From assembly GCA_012960975.1 (NCBI GenBank), contig DUAE01000055.1, positions 41,143 through 105,142 on the forward strand: a DNA stretch of 64,000 nucleotides, written 5' to 3'. This document shows positions 59,293 through 64,000 of this stretch, one piece after another. This stretch comes from Candidatus Poseidoniales archaeon. Lineage in GTDB: Archaea; Thermoplasmatota; Poseidoniia; Poseidoniales; Thalassarchaeaceae. The translations under genes were made by a program, and so were the position numbers. The notes beneath the pieces are model-generated. The model was not told where the DNA came from, did no database searches, and worked only from the letters and a program-made list of their open reading frames with translations. How positions within the stretch are numbered: the first letter of the stretch is position 1; every line of letters begins with the position of its first letter.

Positions 59293-59676
59293 CTATTGAT
59301 TAGCTTCATATTTCGATGGGCAACCAGTTTGAATTTCCTTGGCTTGGATAACCCAAATGCCATCATTAAACACTAATTTACCTTTTACCGATATTGTTAA
59401 TCCCTCTGAAAATCCATCAGGAAGGGAAATACTAGAGTGATCGATTGATATTTCTTCAACTTCACCTGACAGTAAAAATAAGTTTGTTTCATCATCAACA
59501 ATACCAATTACAACTTCACCTCTTAAATGCACATTATCATTTTCAAAATCTTCGGGAGATCCCATTAACTCATCTACTGAATATTGGTAATCCTTGTCCA
59601 CATTAAGAAACATCAGAGAAGTTAAAATTAATAATATAACTCCAATTATTATCAATCTATTATTTCTTGTTAGCAA
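59293..59676 (-). CDS. ccmE: Cytochrome c maturation heme chaperone CcmE (CxxxY variant)
   Basis: N-terminal TM, LPDGF.EG....V.G, C-terminal GCPSKY. Confidence 0.82.
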   Translation of the reverse strand: MLTRNNRLIIIGVILLILTSLMFLNVDKDYQYSVDELMGSPEDFENDNVHLRGEVVIGIVDDETNLFLLSGEVEEISIDHSSISLPDGFSEGLTISVKGKLVFNDGIWVIQAKEIQTGCPSKYEANQ

Positions 59677-59709
59677 TTATAATACCTCCTCAAATTATTA
59701 ATGATACAA

Positions 59710-60813
59710 TCAATGATGATTATATCCTACCGCCTCTTCAATATTCACAAAACCTTCAGTTTTTACTTTCTTCTTGAGTCCTTTAACAATTTCAGAAACT
59801 ACTGAGGGGCCTTTGAAAATTAATGCAGAATACAATTGTAACAACGAGGCCCCCGATTGAACCATTTCCCAGGCAACATCTGCAGAGTCAATTCCACCCA
59901 CACCAACAATTGGAACGGATCCACCCGTTGAATCATAGAGTAGATTAACAACTTCGAGAGCCCTTTTATTGATTGGCCGACCTGATAATCCACCTGATTC
60001 AGCGAATGCAGACCTAGATCTAGAGTTATTTGGTACTGGACGAGAAATTGTGGTATTAGTTGCTACGAACCCGTTTATTCCATTAGAAAGGGCAATCTCT
60101 GCGGATGAAATCAAATCCTCATCGGATTCATCTGGTGAAAATTTCAATATAAGCGGTTTATTATCGCCCATTTTTTCTCGAACATTAGAACATGAATTGA
60201 TAACTTTAGCAAGACTATCTCCTCTTTGGAGATCGCGAAGCCCGGGGGTGTTTGGTGAAGAAACATTCAGAACAAACATATCAGCATAATCCCAAAGAAG
60301 TTCCAAAGATGATGAAAAATCATCAGCTGCATTATCATTTGTAACTTTTTTTGACCGTCCAATATTAGCCACCACGGGCGTATTAGGCCATTTCCCTCGT
60401 GCCTTTCTTTGATTGAGAGAGTCTCTTATCGCTAATGCACCTGGATTATTTAATCCCATACGATTAACTAAGGCTTGTTCTGAATCGGCTCTAAACATTC
60501 TAGGTTTTGGGTTTCCGTCTTGGGGATAGCGAGTAATTCCTCCATACTCCATCCATGAAAATCCTAAAGCAGGCCAAGCAGTTAATGCCTGTGCTTTTTT
60601 ATCAAACCCGGCGGCAAGACCTAAAGGGTGATGGAATAATTTCCCGAAAACATGAATTGGTAATTCTGGTGCATGATACACGCTACTAATTACTTTCTGA
60701 CCTGCTGGATTTTGTCCGAATCCGGAAAGAAAATTTAGACTGCGCTGATGGGCCTTTTCAGAATCCATGTAACGGAACATCGGTCGGACGAATGTCCTAT
60801 ATGCTAGTCCCAC
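59710..60813 (-). CDS. pyrD: Quinone-dependent (class 2) dihydroorotate dehydrogenase
   Basis: GLAAGFDK, QDGNPKPRMFR, NRMG.NN.G, NVSSPNTPGLR, GGLSG.P, GVGGI. Confidence 0.93.
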   Translation of the reverse strand: MGLAYRTFVRPMFRYMDSEKAHQRSLNFLSGFGQNPAGQKVISSVYHAPELPIHVFGKLFHHPLGLAAGFDKKAQALTAWPALGFSWMEYGGITRYPQDGNPKPRMFRADSEQALVNRMGLNNPGALAIRDSLNQRKARGKWPNTPVVANIGRSKKVTNDNAADDFSSSLELLWDYADMFVLNVSSPNTPGLRDLQRGDSLAKVINSCSNVREKMGDNKPLILKFSPDESDEDLISSAEIALSNGINGFVATNTTISRPVPNNSRSRSAFAESGGLSGRPINKRALEVVNLLYDSTGGSVPIVGVGGIDSADVAWEMVQSGASLLQLYSALIFKGPSVVSEIVKGLKKKVKTEGFVNIEEAVGYNHH

Positions 60814-60865
60814 ATCTATCCGGCGGAAACGGTATCCTTCAAGAGTTCCGTCCCCACGGCTAAGT

Positions 60866-61276
60866 ATGAACCAATCTGCTAACTCTTTGGCTATCTCAGA
60901 ATTAGCACGAAGGATTCTTCGTTCTACTGGTTGTATAATCAGTCACCCTAGTTACTTAGAAGATGAAATGAAAACATTTTCTACCGAATTATCTGATTTG
61001 GCGCCCACAATGATATTTGGAATGCAGAATAATTTACACATCTCTGAATGTATAAAAATTACTTTCGAAAAAACATCTAAGGGTGGAATTATATCGAAAG
61101 AATGTCCAGAAAATCTTGATGATGTTTGGATACAAGGAGATTACAAATATTGGCCGCGATTAAAAAAAAATATTCTTGATTTAGCAGAAGCGGGTTACCC
61201 AGGTTGTATCGGATGTGCAGGTCCAGCGGCTGAATTACCATGGGATGAAATATCTTCCAGAAGTAAAATTACATGA
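60866..61276 (+). CDS. Hypothetical protein with C-terminal CxxC
   Basis: 136-aa ORF; GYPGCIGCAGP motif. Confidence 0.6.
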   Translation: MNQSANSLAISELARRILRSTGCIISHPSYLEDEMKTFSTELSDLAPTMIFGMQNNLHISECIKITFEKTSKGGIISKECPENLDDVWIQGDYKYWPRLKKNILDLAEAGYPGCIGCAGPAAELPWDEISSRSKIT

Positions 61277-61282
61277 CCGCCT

Positions 61283-61309
61283 CGCGCGCTCGCATACACG
61301 CGCGCGTGT
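61283..61309. repeat. Alternating purine-pyrimidine CG-rich tract with 14-bp perfect palindrome ACACGCGCGCGTGT
   Basis: CGCGCGC (61283-61289) and CGCATACACGCGCGCGTGT (61291-61309). Confidence 0.85.
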
Positions 61310-61409
61310 TGGGTGAATTCTGTTTTGCTCAAGTTTATACACGTCGCATTGTGCGATGAGAAAATATGGTTCGGAATCTCCGAACTATTATTTGCGAGAG
61401 TGAAGAAAT

Positions 61410-63680
61410 TTGAAATTAATGATTCTCGAGTCCGGTGCGAAAGCAAAAACCGTCAAGAAATATCTTGGAAAAGGTTGGTTGGTAGAAGCATGTAATGGTC
61501 ATGTTCAAGATCTACCATCTAAGGGAAATAAAGATAGTTCAAAAGCGATGTGGGCATCGAAACCAGACCAACTTCCTGAACCACCATGGAGTTGGACTTC
61601 AAGAGCAGAAAAGAAAATGACATCGGTTTTAAAGAAAGCAAGAACCTCGAATGTTGATGGGGTCTATATCGCAACTGATCCTGATAGAGAAGGTGAGTTT
61701 ATTGCATGGCGCTTGAGCATTATTTTTTCAGAATTTGAAAATCAAAGGCGTGTGACCTTCAACGAGATTACTAAAAAATCAATTCATGAAGCGATTGAAA
61801 AATCTGATGAGATTAATGAATCGTTAGTGGATGCTGCAAAGGTTCGACGATTTATGGATCGATTGGTTGGATATAGGTGTTCAAAATTTGCGAGATCTTG
61901 GAAATTAGCATCAATGGGCAGAGTTCAAACACCTACATTAGGATTCATTGTCGAAAAAGAATTGGAACGAGAGGCTCATATCCCTATTAGCTATCACAGC
62001 GTTACAGTAAATGTTGACAATGTAAAATTTAAGGCACGATTCCACGAAAAAAACGACCCGGAGTCTTGGGTTGATGGAAAGGGAAAACATCACCCTGACC
62101 GAACTTTCGACTTAAACCTTGCAAATGATGCATTGACCGCTCTCCAATCTAATGAAGAATTAATCATTTCTTCAATAAAAGAAGGGCAGACCCGTAGAAA
62201 ACCAAAACCCCCATTCACCACAGACACACTATTACAATCTGCAAATTCAGCTCTGGGATGGTCGGTTGCCAAAACTAGTCAACTCGCTGGAAAATTGTAT
62301 CAATCAGGACATATTACTTACATCCGTACCGATTCTACAAGAACAAATTTAGATGCAAGAAATACTATTCGTACTTTCTTACTAAATGAATATGGAGAAA
62401 ATCACATAGGCGAAGGAGTAGTGGGGCCTGATGCAAAACAAAATGCTACAAATGTTCAAGATGCTCACGAAGCGATTAGACCCACTCGGCCGAAAAAAAA
62501 GGAGATTGAAGGGGTTGAAATGGACGAGAATCGATTATATTCCTTAATCTGGGCCAGATTCGCTGCTAGCCAAATGTCGGATTCGATAAGAGAAAGGAGG
62601 GATCTTGTTGCCACTTCTGAAGGATTTAAGAATTCATATTACGGCACTGCATCCTGGAGAATTCATCCGGGATGGGAGGCAGTATTTTCCAAATTTCAAG
62701 ATAAGATAATTACTCAACCACCCAAATTCCCCTTGGCCGAAGGAGAAAAATGGAAAATTACCAGCGAAAAAGAAAATCCTATTTTAATCAGTGATGAAAC
62801 AAAACCACCTCGGAGATTTTCTGAAAGTTCAATTGTTCAAGAAATGAAAAAGGCAGGAATTGGTCGGCCATCAACTTATGTCACAACAATAAATCGTCTA
62901 AATACTAGAAAATATGTGACTATTGAAAATGGTTCATTAATCCCTACCGGAGATGGCCGATTACTTTGGCTCGAAATAGTGCCGTTTTATAATAATCAAA
63001 ATGAGAAAAATGGTTTATTTAATTCCGATTTTACTGCGAAAATGGAATCAGATTTAGATGAAATTGAAAATCGATCTCAAACTGGACCTGATGTTTGGCA
63101 TACCTTCGTAGAAGAATTTCGTGATATGCATAATGTAGCTCTTGAAGAAAAAAGAAAAAAACCGACCAAAAGACAATTGGAGTATCTTGAAAACCGTATT
63201 AGAAACATGGATTCAGTTCAGAAGCATGAATTGTTGAATGGAACAAAAATTGATAAATTATCTGGAGATGAGATGAGAGAAATTCTCGAGAAAATAAATG
63301 AAGAAGGAAATAAGTGGGGTGAAATGCCTGCTAGTGAAAAGCAGATGAATTTGATTCACAAACTTACAGATCAATTATCTTTGAGTATATCAGAAATTTT
63401 AAAAATTGTTGAGCTGGATGACGTAGAGAAATTAACCGGTGGAAAAAATGGGACGGCAAGCACAATAATTTCTGAATTAATTGAAAGAAGCAGATTACTT
63501 CCGGCAACTGAACCTCAAGTGAAATTAGTGAAAAAAATAGCTGAACGATCAGAAACACCATTAAGTGATTTATTAGCCATAGCAGATATTGTAGACCTCT
63601 CAGAAATGACAAAAAGTGACGCCAGTCTTATTATTAACAAAACCATGAAAAAGAGTAAAAAAAGAAAGTCTAAGAAATAA
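61410..63680 (+). CDS. topA: Type IA DNA topoisomerase
   Basis: ILES..KAKT, ATDPDREGE, GRVQTP, ITYIRTDS (catalytic Tyr), QDAHEAIRPT, GIGRPSTY. Confidence 0.95.
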   Translation: MKLMILESGAKAKTVKKYLGKGWLVEACNGHVQDLPSKGNKDSSKAMWASKPDQLPEPPWSWTSRAEKKMTSVLKKARTSNVDGVYIATDPDREGEFIAWRLSIIFSEFENQRRVTFNEITKKSIHEAIEKSDEINESLVDAAKVRRFMDRLVGYRCSKFARSWKLASMGRVQTPTLGFIVEKELEREAHIPISYHSVTVNVDNVKFKARFHEKNDPESWVDGKGKHHPDRTFDLNLANDALTALQSNEELIISSIKEGQTRRKPKPPFTTDTLLQSANSALGWSVAKTSQLAGKLYQSGHITYIRTDSTRTNLDARNTIRTFLLNEYGENHIGEGVVGPDAKQNATNVQDAHEAIRPTRPKKKEIEGVEMDENRLYSLIWARFAASQMSDSIRERRDLVATSEGFKNSYYGTASWRIHPGWEAVFSKFQDKIITQPPKFPLAEGEKWKITSEKENPILISDETKPPRRFSESSIVQEMKKAGIGRPSTYVTTINRLNTRKYVTIENGSLIPTGDGRLLWLEIVPFYNNQNEKNGLFNSDFTAKMESDLDEIENRSQTGPDVWHTFVEEFRDMHNVALEEKRKKPTKRQLEYLENRIRNMDSVQKHELLNGTKIDKLSGDEMREILEKINEEGNKWGEMPASEKQMNLIHKLTDQLSLSISEILKIVELDDVEKLTGGKNGTASTIISELIERSRLLPATEPQVKLVKKIAERSETPLSDLLAIADIVDLSEMTKSDASLIINKTMKKSKKRKSKK

Positions 63681-63736
63681 ATCTTTGACTTTTCGTAATT
63701 AGAAGAATCCAATAAGGAACGCCTTCTGACTGTGAT

Positions 63737-64000
63737 GTGACGAACATCGACTATGATGTAATTATAGTTGGTGCTGGCCCTATTGGTGGATATCTAGCTA
63801 GTAAATTAGCCGATAAAAAAATTAGTGTATTAATGCTTGAAGAACATAGTCAAATTGGTAGACCTTTTCAATGTGCAGGTTTAGTAAATCCTCAGGCAAT
63901 GGAAGCTGTCAATTTACATCACACAGTATTATCTTCAATCTGGGGTGCTCGATTATACAGCCCATCGGGTATATCAGTAGAAATTGGAAACCCTAACCAA
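63737..64000 (+). CDS. Geranylgeranyl reductase family flavoprotein, truncated by window edge
   Basis: Not in ORF track; YDVIIVGAGPIGG...LEEHSQIGRPFQCAGLV (FAD-binding and P.xCAG motif). Confidence 0.8.
   Translation, partial: MTNIDYDVIIVGAGPIGGYLASKLADKKISVLMLEEHSQIGRPFQCAGLVNPQAMEAVNLHHTVLSSIWGARLYSPSGISVEIGNPNQ

Noticed and set aside
926-63712. Numerous other short nested or antisense ORFs in the track
   Set aside because: They lie within well-supported genes and show no motifs; expected shadow ORFs

Overview
AT-rich, densely coded archaeal chromosomal segment. Archaeal-type informational genes (EF-2 with the diphthamide His, eS19/eL39/eL31/eS17, PAN, aMBF1, PriS, Kae1, Tsr3, KptA, SRP RNA) occur with an IDI1-GGPP synthase fusion, bacterial-type metabolic genes and many lineage-specific hypotheticals. 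This points to Marine Group II Thermoplasmatota (Poseidoniales); the taxonomy is an inference. Content is mostly housekeeping: rps12-rps7-fusA, isoprenoid/lipid enzymes, CoaBC, ProRS/MetRS/ValRS, split transketolase, futalosine pathway (mqnE/A/D), THF-dependent histidine utilisation, methylmalonyl-CoA mutase/epimerase, a preQ0 operon, Fe-S accessory genes, an RND transporter, PyrD and TopA. No CRISPR array, integrase or transposase was seen. Most notable: (1) a 159-aa protein resembling one half of eukaryotic deoxyhypusine hydroxylase (SVDPAPP linker, two HE motifs), abutting mqnD; (2) an unlisted 56-aa ribbon-helix-helix gene behind four palindromic AGTAWTACT boxes exactly 11 bp apart, heading folE-queE-queC-msrB-queD with a QueC lacking the Zn cysteines; (3) a GC-rich element shared by the upstream regions of rps12, fusA, rps19e and tRNA-Val; (4) a Z-DNA-prone, hairpin-rich region upstream of topA.
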